Positions 1-8,379 of a stretch of 39,225 nt of DNA are shown in pieces (within the stretch, counting starts at the first letter, position 1; each line of letters opens with the position of its first letter). A model generated the notes under the pieces. It made no database searches, had not been told where the DNA came from, and worked only from the letters and a program-made list of their open reading frames with translations. Made by a program: the position numbers and the translations under genes. Source of the stretch: Mariprofundaceae bacterium (GTDB taxonomy: Bacteria; Pseudomonadota; Zetaproteobacteria; Mariprofundales; Mariprofundaceae); contig JAUZQT010000163.1 of the NCBI GenBank assembly GCA_030950825.1, forward strand, positions 1 through 39,225. Reading direction: 5' to 3'.

Positions 1-150
1 AAAAAAATCGTTGCAAACAAAGACCCCGCGCAATCATCACGGCGATTCATGAATAATGCGGATTAAGGGTTGTGGAAGAAATGAATGATTTATAATTTTT
101 CCGAGATTCTAAAAAAGTCGATAGCAGCATTATTATAATGATGATTTGAA

Positions 151-185
151 AGGCATAAAGACGCGTTCTTTATGCCTTTTTCTTT
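151..185 (+). terminator. Rho-independent terminator of a gene lying upstream of the window
   Basis: Perfect 10-bp stem GGCATAAAGA/TCTTTATGCC (152-161 / 167-176), 5-nt loop, then a T-run. It overlaps the ORF-track ATG at 172, which argues for the later start at 208. Confidence 0.6.
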
Positions 186-207
186 GGGCGAGGTGATAGG
201 AGCTGAT

Positions 208-1005
208 ATGGAGTGGGATCTACTAATGCTTCTTTACGGCTTGCTTGTCGGTTTGTGCGCTGGGGCAGTTGCAGGCTGCATGGCTGGCTTAGCAGGTGTG
301 GGTGGCGGCTTGGTTTATGTGCCTGTTTTTTATTTGTTAATGCCAGGTTCGGATGCCAGCATGGCTCTAAGTGTATTTTCCAGTATGCTGGCAATTAGTA
401 TCACAACCGCTTTTTCAGCGCGCTCGCATTGGCGCCTAGGGCATGTAGACATTTATTTGTCATTGTATTTATTGCCAGCATTACTGCTAGGAGCAAGCTT
501 TGGTTTGTGGAGTGCGCTGCTTTTACCCGAGCTATGGGTTCTTTTGAGCTTAGCGGCTTTGAATGCGTGGGTGGCTTATGATTACGGGCGTGCTTTGCCA
601 GTAAAATCGCAGCATAAAGGTTTATTTGCATTGCTAGGATTGCCGATTGGCTATGTTTCGGGCGTATTGGGTATTGCTGGCGGAACAATGCTTGTGCCGC
701 TATTTAGGCGATCATTAAGTCTAAGAAATGCTGTGGGTACATCGGCAGTATGCAGTGTAATGATGGTGGGCATGGCAGTGTTACTGAATTTAATCTTTGA
801 GCCAGGCTGGGGCCTACTATTGCAGCAGCAATGGAATTTTATATTGGCAACATGTGTGGGTGTTTTGATAACCATGCCGACGGCAGCCCGAAAAACGGCC
901 AGCTGGCATGATACGTTGGATGAGCGTTATCTTCGTTTTGTTTTAAAAAGCATGTTTTCGTTGATTGCGATATTGTTTTGTTTTATGGCATGGGAAAACG
1001 GATGA
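208..1005 (+). CDS. TSUP family (TauE/SafE-like) anion exporter, polytopic membrane protein
   Basis: Hydrophobic throughout. Duplicated half-motifs GVGGGLVYVP and GIAGGTMLVP are typical of TauE/SafE. Start moved to ATG 208 (MEWDLL...), preceded by AGGAG. Confidence 0.75.
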   Translation: MEWDLLMLLYGLLVGLCAGAVAGCMAGLAGVGGGLVYVPVFYLLMPGSDASMALSVFSSMLAISITTAFSARSHWRLGHVDIYLSLYLLPALLLGASFGLWSALLLPELWVLLSLAALNAWVAYDYGRALPVKSQHKGLFALLGLPIGYVSGVLGIAGGTMLVPLFRRSLSLRNAVGTSAVCSVMMVGMAVLLNLIFEPGWGLLLQQQWNFILATCVGVLITMPTAARKTASWHDTLDERYLRFVLKSMFSLIAILFCFMAWENG

Positions 1006-1112
1006 AATGACTGGTTTATGAGTGATTCAAATGATGGCTATTCTTTTTCCTTGAAAAACAAACTGTTTGCGGTTAGAAATCGCGCCCTTTCGGAATTAAC
1101 AGGAGTAGCAAA

Positions 1113-1325
1113 GTGAAAGCTGGCATTCATCCTGAATATGTTGCATCAAATGTAACATGTTCTTGTGGTAACACATTTGAGACACGCTCTACCAATGGCG
1201 ATATCCATGTAGAGGTTTGTTCTTCTTGCCACCCGTTTTATACTGGTAAACAGAAGATTATGGATACAGAAGGTCGCGTAGAGCGCTTCTATAAGAAATA
1301 TGGCAAGCCTGCGAAGGCCGCCTAA
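1113..1325 (+). CDS. rpmE: 50S ribosomal protein L31 (Zn-ribbon type)
   Basis: GTG start. MKAGIHPEY...CSCG...[13 protein letters not shown] is the canonical L31 sequence with both Cys pairs. Confidence 0.95.
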   Translation: MKAGIHPEYVASNVTCSCGNTFETRSTNGDIHVEVCSSCHPFYTGKQKIMDTEGRVERFYKKYGKPAKAA

Positions 1326-1343
1326 GATATATCGGAGAATATG

Positions 1344-1652
1344 ATGTACGCAGTTATTCGTACCGGTGGCAAGCAATACCGTGTGCAAGAAGGTGATCTT
1401 CTTCGCATTGAAAAGCTTGAAGCCGAAGTAGGCCAAGAAGTCGTTTTTGATGACGTGCTTTTAGTTGGCGAAGGTGATTCTATCAAAATTGGTAGTGACA
1501 TCGCAGAAAACAGTGTTAAAGCTGTTGTGTCTGAGCAGGCGCGTGGTAAGAAGATTGTGATCTTCAAGAAACATCGGCGCAAGAATTATCGCTTAACCAA
1601 GGGTCATCGTCAGTCGTTTACAGCTGTGACGATTGGCGCGATTGGAGTTTAA
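1344..1652 (+). CDS. rplU: 50S ribosomal protein L21
   Basis: [18 protein letters not shown]... is canonical L21. The second of two tandem ATGs was chosen because GGAGA sits 5 nt upstream of it. Confidence 0.95.
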   Translation: MYAVIRTGGKQYRVQEGDLLRIEKLEAEVGQEVVFDDVLLVGEGDSIKIGSDIAENSVKAVVSEQARGKKIVIFKKHRRKNYRLTKGHRQSFTAVTIGAIGV

Positions 1653-1655
1653 AAA

Positions 1656-1904
1656 ATGGCACATAAGAAAGCAGGCGGGTCTACCAATAATGGTCGCGAT
1701 TCCAACGCCAAACGCCTTGGCGTGAAAAAATACGGCGGTGAAATTGTTATTTCAGGCAATATCATTGTTCGTCAGCGCGGCACAAAAATTCGTCCAGGTG
1801 ATAATGTTGGTTGCGGTCGTGATTATACATTATTCGCATTAATGGATGGAAAAGTTGAATATTTCAAGCGTGCAGGCCGTACAACGGTTCGTGTTGTAAG
1901 TTAA
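1656..1904 (+). CDS. rpmA: 50S ribosomal protein L27
   Basis: [24 protein letters not shown]... is canonical L27. Lies 3 nt after rplU. Confidence 0.95.
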   Translation: MAHKKAGGSTNNGRDSNAKRLGVKKYGGEIVISGNIIVRQRGTKIRPGDNVGCGRDYTLFALMDGKVEYFKRAGRTTVRVVS

Positions 1905-1997
1905 AATACTTGTTATTGGGTATTAATAATGAGGCAAATGGAGCTTTTCAGCCTATGATAGATATTTAATCATGGGTGAAAAATCTTTATCTGTGTT

Positions 1998-2035
1998 AAG
2001 GAGAGTGCGGAAACGCACTCTCCTTTTGTTTTTGT
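1998..2035 (+). terminator. Rho-independent terminator/attenuator between rpmA and obg
   Basis: 12-bp stem AAGGAGAGTGCG/CGCACTCTCCTT, GAAA loop, followed by TTGTTTTTGT. Confidence 0.7.
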
Positions 2036-2059
2036 GGTAGATGATTAGAGGATGACAAC

Positions 2060-3133
2060 ATGCGCTTTATTGATGAAGTGAAAATTGATGTTCGCGCAGG
2101 CAATGGTGGCTCGGGTAGCGCATCATTTCGGCGAGAAAAATATATCCCCAAGGGTGGGCCTGATGGTGGCAATGGAGGACGCGGCGGCCATGTGATTCTT
2201 GAGGCCAGTCGCGATAAAAACACTTTGCAGGAGCTTTACCTTCGCAAACATGTATTTGCTGAGCATGGTAAATCTGGAAGTGGACGTAAAATGCATGGTC
2301 GCATGGGTGTTGATGTGACCATGCAAGTACCTGTAGGAACGATTGTCAAAGATGAAGATGGCATATTGCTGTTTGATCTGACGCAAGATGGCCAGCAAGC
2401 CATTTTAGCGCATGGTGGCGAAGGTGGATTGGGCAATGTGAATTTTGTAAGCAGCACAAATCGTGCCCCGCGCTATTCCCAATCTGGCAAAGAAGGTGAA
2501 ACGGGCATGCGCTTTTTGGAATTGAAATCCATGGCGGATGTTGGCTTGGTGGGTTTACCCAATGCTGGAAAATCGACGTTTATTTCGCGCGTATCCAATG
2601 CTCGTCCTAAAATTGCTGCTTATCCTTTCACCACATTGGCACCATCGCTTGGACAAGTATTTATGGGTGATGGTGATGGTTTTGTCGTGGCGGACATTCC
2701 TGGTTTGATTGGTGGTGCACACGAGGGTAAAGGGCTTGGACACCGATTTTTAAAGCATATTGAACGGACACGCGTGTTGTTGCACTTGGTAGATGTTGTT
2801 CACCCTGAGGGTCAAAGTATTACTGATCAGGTGCGTGAGATTGAGCAGGAATTACGCGGTTATGGTGATACTGTCTGGTTGAAAACGCGCTATTTGGTAT
2901 TAAATAAAATGGATTGTATCGCTGAGGAAATGCATGCAGATATTCTTGCCGAAGCGGATGCACTGGGGCTTAAATATTATGCTATTTCTGCCGTCACAGG
3001 CAAGGGTACAAAGCCTCTCTTGTATGATTTGTATGATGCGGTAAAGCTCGCCCAAGCCAATGAAAATGCAGCTCTGGACAACGATGGGGATGCCATGAGT
3101 GAGGCCCGCTATATGTGGGTGAAGAAGGAATAG
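2060..3133 (+). CDS. obg: GTPase Obg/CgtA
   Basis: N-terminal glycine-rich Obg fold (GNGGSGSASFRREKYIPKGGPDGGNGGRGG). G1 GLPNAGKST, G3 DIPGLI, NKMD. Confidence 0.95.
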   Translation: MRFIDEVKIDVRAGNGGSGSASFRREKYIPKGGPDGGNGGRGGHVILEASRDKNTLQELYLRKHVFAEHGKSGSGRKMHGRMGVDVTMQVPVGTIVKDEDGILLFDLTQDGQQAILAHGGEGGLGNVNFVSSTNRAPRYSQSGKEGETGMRFLELKSMADVGLVGLPNAGKSTFISRVSNARPKIAAYPFTTLAPSLGQVFMGDGDGFVVADIPGLIGGAHEGKGLGHRFLKHIERTRVLLHLVDVVHPEGQSITDQVREIEQELRGYGDTVWLKTRYLVLNKMDCIAEEMHADILAEADALGLKYYAISAVTGKGTKPLLYDLYDAVKLAQANENAALDNDGDAMSEARYMWVKKE

Positions 3134-3140
3134 AAATACT

Positions 3141-4292
3141 GTGATTCAAACCCGTCAAGACCTATCGCATGTGCAGCGAGCAATTGTAAAAATTGGCAGC
3201 TCTTTGTTGACGGATGCAGACACGGGCATTCGCATGCAAATGGTCGAGCACATTGCGGCGCAGATTTGCGCCATGCAGCAGTCTGGCATTCAAGTATGTC
3301 TGGTTTCATCAGGGGCGGTTGCTCTAGGCCGGGTTCACCTAGGCTGGTTGGGTAAGGTGTTATCGGTGCATGAAAAGCAGGCTGCGGCTGCGGTTGGGCA
3401 ATCTTGGTTGATGGAAGCCTACAGGCAGGCCTTTGCACATTATGATGTGCAGGTAGCACAGATGCTGTTGACCAAAGATGACTTGCGCCATCGTAGACGT
3501 TACCTAAATGCTAGTAATACCAGCGAAACATTGTTCTCAGCAGGTGTTATTCCGATTGTGAATGAAAATGATACGGTCGTGGTTGAAGAAATTAAATTTG
3601 GTGACAATGATAATCTTGGTGCGTTGGTTGCGTTGATGGTCAATGCAGATTTACTGGTGATGATGACCGATGTGGATGGCTTGTATGATGCCAACCCCCA
3701 AGAGTATAACGATGCCAAACGCTGTTCGGTGGTTCATGAACTGGATCATGATATTATGGCTATGGCGGGTGATAGTGCTAGCCAGTTTGGTACAGGTGGT
3801 ATGTTGAGTAAGTTGAGTGCAGCTGAAATTGCCACACGTGGTGGCGTGGTGGCGGCGATTGTGAATGGCCATCAACAGCATGTATTGAACGATTTGATGA
3901 CAGGCAAGGATGTTGGAACTTTATTTCTGTGTGGTGAAGATCGCCATAGCCGACATCAACACTGGATCGCCGATGTACTTGATGTTGCAGGGAAGATTTA
4001 TGTTGATGCAGGGGCTGCTGAGGCGATTGCACATAAAGGTGCAAGCTTATTGCCAGTGGGTATGACTGCAGTTGTCGGTGATTTTGATAAGGGAGAGTGT
4101 GTTGAAGTGCTTGCGGATTCGTTGGTGATTGCACGTGGGTTGTGCAATTATAATTCAAAAGATTTGAGCTGCATTCAAGGGCTTCCCAGTAAAAATATTG
4201 AAAAAGCTTTGGGTTATATGGATTTTACGTCGGTGATACATCGCGATAATTTGGTGTTAACGCCAGTGAAACCTTTTCACCTCATGATATGA
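3141..4292 (+). CDS. proB: Glutamate 5-kinase with C-terminal PUA domain
   Basis: GTG start. IVKIGSSLLT..., NENDTV, GTGGM motifs and a PUA-like C-terminus. The last ~10 codons and the stop lie inside repeat copy A (see findings). Confidence 0.93.
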   Translation: MIQTRQDLSHVQRAIVKIGSSLLTDADTGIRMQMVEHIAAQICAMQQSGIQVCLVSSGAVALGRVHLGWLGKVLSVHEKQAAAAVGQSWLMEAYRQAFAHYDVQVAQMLLTKDDLRHRRRYLNASNTSETLFSAGVIPIVNENDTVVVEEIKFGDNDNLGALVALMVNADLLVMMTDVDGLYDANPQEYNDAKRCSVVHELDHDIMAMAGDSASQFGTGGMLSKLSAAEIATRGGVVAAIVNGHQQHVLNDLMTGKDVGTLFLCGEDRHSRHQHWIADVLDVAGKIYVDAGAAEAIAHKGASLLPVGMTAVVGDFDKGECVEVLADSLVIARGLCNYNSKDLSCIQGLPSKNIEKALGYMDFTSVIHRDNLVLTPVKPFHLMI

Positions 4293-4346
4293 AATATTTA
4301 TCACAGGCTGAAAACTTCATCGGCTCATTTGTCCCATGTTAAAGAT
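4272..4346 (+). repeat. Intergenic repeat family A, copy 1 (proB-proA spacer)
   Basis: TGATATGAAATATTTATCACAGGCTGAAAACTTCATCGGCTCATTTGTCCCATGTTAAAGAT. Near-identical to 11172-11245 and more diverged at 6950-7020, all in the same orientation. Confidence 0.85.
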
Positions 4347-4358
4347 AGGAGGGTGTCC

Positions 4359-5621
4359 ATGAGTGATGCAAAGCAAGTGATTGAGCGGCTGGGAAAAAAA
4401 GCAACAGCCGCTGCGCGTAAGATGCGCATGATTGAAACGCATAACAAAGATGATGCTTTAAGGGCTGCTGCTGTACTATTCCGAGCTGAAATGGATGATA
4501 TATTGGTGGCCAATGCCCTAGATATGAAGGCTGCGGATGAGAACAAGCTTGAAGCATCATTGAAAGATCGTTTGGCTTTGAATGCTGAGCGTGTTGAGGC
4601 CATGGCGCAGGGATTGGAAGAAATTGCCACTTTGCCAGACCCTGTAGGAGCGATTTTAGATTTGGTGTATCGTCCATCGGGTATTCAAGTTGGGCATATG
4701 CGTGTACCACTGGGTGTGATTGGGATTATTTATGAGTCTCGCCCCAATGTGACTGCTGATGCGGCGGCTTTGTGTCTGAAATCAGGCAATGCAGCTATTT
4801 TGCGCGGCGGATCTGAGGCGATTCACTCCAACCGTGCGATAGCCAAAATTTTGAGACAAGCTTTATTGCAAGCAGGCGTGCCAGAAGATGCTGTGCAACT
4901 GATTGATCAGACTGATCGAGCTTTGGTTGGGGCATTGCTGGCAGCAGAGGCATATGTGGATGTGATTATTCCTCGTGGAGGAAAATCCTTGGTGGCGCGT
5001 GTGTCTGCCGATGCAAAAGTGCCTGTCATCAAACATTTGGACGGTATTTGCCATGTCTATATTGATGCAGCAGCTGATGCAGATATGGCTACTAACATTG
5101 CTTTGAATGCCAAAACACATCGTTATGGCGTTTGTAATGCCATGGAAACCTTATTGATTCATCAAGATGCTGCTGCTTTATTGCCACGTATTGTCGGCGA
5201 TTTGTTGGATGAAGGTGTGGAAGTGCGCGGTTGTAAAAAGACACAAGCAGCCTGTGAGTCACTCAATGTACGGACTGCTTCAGATGAAGACTGGGCAACA
5301 GAATATTTGGCGGCGGTTTTATCGATCAGGATAGTGGCATCATTGGATGGAGCGATGGATCATATTGCGCAATACAGCTCAGGGCATACCGAGGCTATTG
5401 TGACCAATAATTATGATGCAGGGCAACGTTTTTTGCGTGAGGTGGATTCTTCTTCGGTGATGTGGAATGCCAGTACACGTTTTGCGGATGGCTTTGAATA
5501 TGGCTTGGGGGCAGAGATTGGTATTTCAACCGATCGCCTGCATGTGCGCGGGCCTGTGGGCTTGGAAGGTTTGACGACACAGAAGTGGATTGTCATGGGT
5601 CATGGTGAGGTACGCAGCTAA
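4359..5621 (+). CDS. proA: Gamma-glutamyl phosphate reductase
   Basis: Aldehyde dehydrogenase-type ProA sequence (IYESRPNVT, catalytic C in NAMETLL context). Start moved to ATG 4359 (MSDAKQVIE...), preceded by AGGAGG. The track's TTG at 4329 lies inside the repeat. Confidence 0.93.
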   Translation: MSDAKQVIERLGKKATAAARKMRMIETHNKDDALRAAAVLFRAEMDDILVANALDMKAADENKLEASLKDRLALNAERVEAMAQGLEEIATLPDPVGAILDLVYRPSGIQVGHMRVPLGVIGIIYESRPNVTADAAALCLKSGNAAILRGGSEAIHSNRAIAKILRQALLQAGVPEDAVQLIDQTDRALVGALLAAEAYVDVIIPRGGKSLVARVSADAKVPVIKHLDGICHVYIDAAADADMATNIALNAKTHRYGVCNAMETLLIHQDAAALLPRIVGDLLDEGVEVRGCKKTQAACESLNVRTASDEDWATEYLAAVLSIRIVASLDGAMDHIAQYSSGHTEAIVTNNYDAGQRFLREVDSSSVMWNASTRFADGFEYGLGAEIGISTDRLHVRGPVGLEGLTTQKWIVMGHGEVRS

Positions 5622-5821
5622 GGAACTGCTGCACTACAGAAACGGTTTAAAAAACTAGTTTTGCTTTTGTCTCGATACATGCCGATTAAAGCTGTAGCCT
5701 AGTACCTTCGCGTGAGCTGGGATTTTGTTAAAGACATGGGCTCCCTAACCAACCAGAGGCTGTGAATGTGGTTGACCATTTTTATGTGATTAAACTCTGT
5801 CCTACAGGCCATCAAGCGAAA

Positions 5822-5993
5822 GGCTAGCCTGAATATTCATAAATCGTTGTGATGATTGCGAAGAACCTTTATCTGGAACGATTTTTTTATAGGAGTGCCG
5901 TACCAATGGATACGGTCGACTGGCAAAGAATTCGTTCCAGATAAAGGGGCAAGCAAGGGCACGATAGTATTTGTGAATTATTCAGGCTAGGGG
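5822..5993. repeat. Imperfect ~170-bp palindrome, MITE-like or structured-RNA-like, in a 515-bp gene-free gap
   Basis: Left arm CTAGCCTGAATATTCATAAAT...CCTTTATCTGGAACGA. The right arm is its reverse complement (TCGTTCCAGATAAAGG...ATTTGTGAATTATTCAGGCTAG). Outer ~22 bp and inner 16 bp match, the middle is diverged, and there is a small central hairpin CCGTA/TACGG. Confidence 0.7.
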
Positions 5994-6136
5994 TTACAAG
6001 GTTGATCACTTCAAAACCATTGCATATTTAATCACTGGGAAACTGGATTTTCCAAAGTGAATCATTACTGCTTACCCACTTAGAATTTAAAAGACCAATT
6101 AATTATTTGACAATGGAATAGTTATGATAACAGAGT

Positions 6137-6883
6137 CTATTTATGTATGGCTCTATGTGGCATAGCGACATAAAAAATAGAACCCATATCCAGTGTTGAT
6201 TCACACCATGTTTGGCCGCCATGGGCATGAACAAAAGCTTTTATGATTGCCAGGCCCATGCCAAGGCGGTTTGCATCCACTGAAAAGAATGGTTGAAATG
6301 CTCTTTCTAAATCATTTTGGTTCATGCCAGCACCGCTATCTCGCACCACCAGAACATCTAGGCCATGGCGTGTTTCTGTATGTACCAAGATGCTTCCGCC
6401 GTGGGGTGTAAAACGCAAAGCATTATCAAGCAACTCCTTGATAATGCGTCCCATAGCCAAAGGATCAGCCCAAAATGTTGATAACTCCCCAACTGATACA
6501 CTGATTTCTGTGCTTTTCATGCGATCTTTTTGACGTGCAAGCTCCCGCTGAACCCACACCGTAAGATCAATATGTTCACACTCCAATTCATCAAACATAC
6601 AATGATAAATTTCGTTGGATCCAGAAATTAAATGATGCATGCGATACATCACTTCTTCCATCATTGCCAGGCTTTCAGGCAATTCTTCACGCACCGCACG
6701 ACACACAGCAACAGGATCCTGGCCGGCATCTTCCAAGCTCATCTGAATATCACTTGTGAGTGCACGCATATTGATCAGAGGGTTGCGTAAGTCATGCGAA
6801 AAAACATACATTAACTGCGCCATATCTTGTTTAGATATGGAAAAAGCATTGCCCTGCTCTTTTTTTTCTTTCGCATTCATCAT
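6137..6883 (-). CDS. Soluble sensor-less histidine kinase (HisKA + HATPase_c only)
   Basis: H-box FSHDLRNPL at residue ~28, N-box ELLDNALRF, G1 VRDSGAGM, G2 GMGLAI. No TM segment or sensor domain, and no response regulator nearby. Confidence 0.85.
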   Translation of the reverse strand: MMNAKEKKEQGNAFSISKQDMAQLMYVFSHDLRNPLINMRALTSDIQMSLEDAGQDPVAVCRAVREELPESLAMMEEVMYRMHHLISGSNEIYHCMFDELECEHIDLTVWVQRELARQKDRMKSTEISVSVGELSTFWADPLAMGRIIKELLDNALRFTPHGGSILVHTETRHGLDVLVVRDSGAGMNQNDLERAFQPFFSVDANRLGMGLAIIKAFVHAHGGQTWCESTLDMGSIFYVAMPHRAIHK

Positions 6884-6901
6884 ATGCCACCTCCATAACT
6901 T

Positions 6902-6935
6902 AGGAACGTGCGTGAAATAACTTGAGCACGTTCCT
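6902..6935 (-). promoter_or_regulatory. Perfect 10-bp inverted repeat just upstream of the kinase RBS (operator or 5'-UTR hairpin)
   Basis: AGGAACGTGC (6902-6911) / GCACGTTCCT (6926-6935), 14-nt spacer, ~18 nt upstream of the GGAGG-ATG of the kinase. No T-run, so not an intrinsic terminator. Confidence 0.4.
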
Positions 6936-6949
6936 TACTAACCCTGAAA

Positions 6950-7020
6950 CTTTTTTACCCATGATTATGAAGCATCTACATAGCCTGAAAAAGCCCCATC
7001 AGCTCATTTGTGCTGTATTA
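6950..7020 (+). repeat. Intergenic repeat family A, copy 3 (diverged)
   Basis: CTTTTTTACCCATGATTATGAAGCATCTACATAGCCTGAAAAAGCCCCATCAGCTCATTTGTGCTGTATTA aligns along its whole length with copies at 4272 and 11172. Confidence 0.6.
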
Positions 7021-7228
7021 ATTATTACAAACAAATAAGTGGAGAATATTAAGTGTACTGATATTTTCCGATACCGCATAAATATGCTATACGCAATGAA
7101 ATTTCCCCATTCGAAAAACAATGTCAATAAGCCTCATTCAAGCGATAGTCATTTGCATATCTTAATCTACATAATAACTTATATTGAGCGGATATCATTT
7201 TTGGGAAAAATGATTTAATATTAATGTT

Positions 7229-8275
7229 ATCAGGCTTCGGCATTGATGTTTTTAATGATAATCAAAACTCTATAGTCTCATTTAACTGGAAGCTGGCTCA
7301 GTAATTGATCCAGCAACTTTCTGAGCTGATCATCCTGTAGGGATAGCCTGCGAATGCGACGACTGCCGCCGCTGATCGTGGCTAGATCGCGTTGAAATTT
7401 CTCGGCTACTTTGGTTAGCGTGGCCGCCCCTGTTTCCGTGCAGAGCCAAGCGATGACATTTCGCGCCTCCGACGGCTTGTGGGCTCTGCTTTTGTGCTCA
7501 AGCTCCGATGGTTCCAGCTCGTAATGTTCGGTTACCACGCGCACAATATCATCCAGCGCAGGCGGTTTACTGCGCTCTGTTTTTGCTTTGGCGTATGCCA
7601 TTTCCATGAAATCATCGTCACCGAGCAGGCGTGCATCCTTGTTGCGCTGGTGAAAGATCTTGGCGTGATCCTCTTCCATACCAGCCTGAACAAATTCGTG
7701 ATAGCACTCCCTCGCCCGATCAACACTGTCAGCCAACTGCCCCAGCAGGTAGTCTGTTGTCAGCCAAGGAATATGCACGTCACCAAGGTAGGCATTATGA
7801 CCCGACCAATCATAGTCGGAGGCATCTTTCACCATCTCCGCACGTACAGGGTTGAGGTGAATATATCGAATTAAAGCAAGGAAATAGGTGTTTTGATCAA
7901 TCAGGATCGCTTTGAAGCGCCCCTGGAAGAGATGACCGAGTCGTTTTTGCCGAAAGTTGAACCAGCGCGTATAGCGGAACGACAGATTTTGCATAATGTT
8001 GGAGAGCGGCACATCAGACACCTGAATCGCCAGATGCACATGATTGCTCATCAGGCAAAACGCATGCACTCGAAAGCCAAAACGATAGCTCCCCTCCTGC
8101 AACAAAAGGAGAAAACGGCAGCGATCTTCATCCGAAGCAAACACCTCCATACCGCCGTTGCCGCGCAGCATCACATGATAAATCCCGCCATGAACATGAA
8201 TTCGTTGTTGTCTTGCCATGGGCGAACAATAGCACTATCGCAAAAAGAATCAATTCCGAAGCCTGACCCCATTTC
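7229..8275 (-). mobile_element. RAYT-type unit: Y1 transposase gene bracketed by inverted REP-like sequences
   Basis: ATCAGGCTTCGGCATTGAT (7229-7248) and AATCAATTCCGAAGCCTGACCCC (8249-8275) are inverted copies flanking the transposase ORF. Confidence 0.6.
7278..8219 (-). CDS. REP-associated tyrosine transposase-like protein (IS200/IS605 Y1 HUH domain + DnaA domain IV-like HTH)
   Basis: GGIYHVMLRGN, HUH motif SNHVHLAI and catalytic Tyr context LIRYIHLNPVRA. C-terminal ARNVIAWLC...TLTKVAEKF..DLATIS resembles the DnaA C-terminal HTH. Confidence 0.8.
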   Translation of the reverse strand: MARQQRIHVHGGIYHVMLRGNGGMEVFASDEDRCRFLLLLQEGSYRFGFRVHAFCLMSNHVHLAIQVSDVPLSNIMQNLSFRYTRWFNFRQKRLGHLFQGRFKAILIDQNTYFLALIRYIHLNPVRAEMVKDASDYDWSGHNAYLGDVHIPWLTTDYLLGQLADSVDRARECYHEFVQAGMEEDHAKIFHQRNKDARLLGDDDFMEMAYAKAKTERSKPPALDDIVRVVTEHYELEPSELEHKSRAHKPSEARNVIAWLCTETGAATLTKVAEKFQRDLATISGGSRRIRRLSLQDDQLRKLLDQLLSQLPVK

Positions 8276-8379
8276 CCATTTTAAATACGCCATGTAAATC
8301 AATATCTTACACTCTGTACGCACAAACACTTGCAGGATCTAGGTACTACTTTATTCAAGCTCGTTGTTGGAAAATATAA

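Noticed and set aside
172-207. Upstream ATG (172) given by the ORF track for the TSUP gene.
   Set aside because: This ATG lies inside the stem of a strong terminator hairpin (152-176). ATG 208 has an AGGAG upstream and begins the first TM helix.
4329-4358. TTG start extending proA by 10 codons.
   Set aside because: The extension lies within the intergenic repeat. ATG 4359 is preceded by a consensus AGGAGG at ideal spacing and gives a typical ProA N-terminus.
5622-5821. Possible housekeeping ncRNA (tmRNA, RNase P RNA, SRP RNA, 6S RNA) in the gene-free region after proA.
   Set aside because: I could not find any of the conserved core sequences of these RNAs. Only weak local hairpins are present. 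It remains unannotated rather than called.
7479-8297. ORFs of 131, 74 and 134 aa on the plus strand opposite the transposase gene.
   Set aside because: They are antisense to a well-supported CDS, have low-complexity or His/Arg-rich translations, and lack an RBS. These are typical shadow ORFs.
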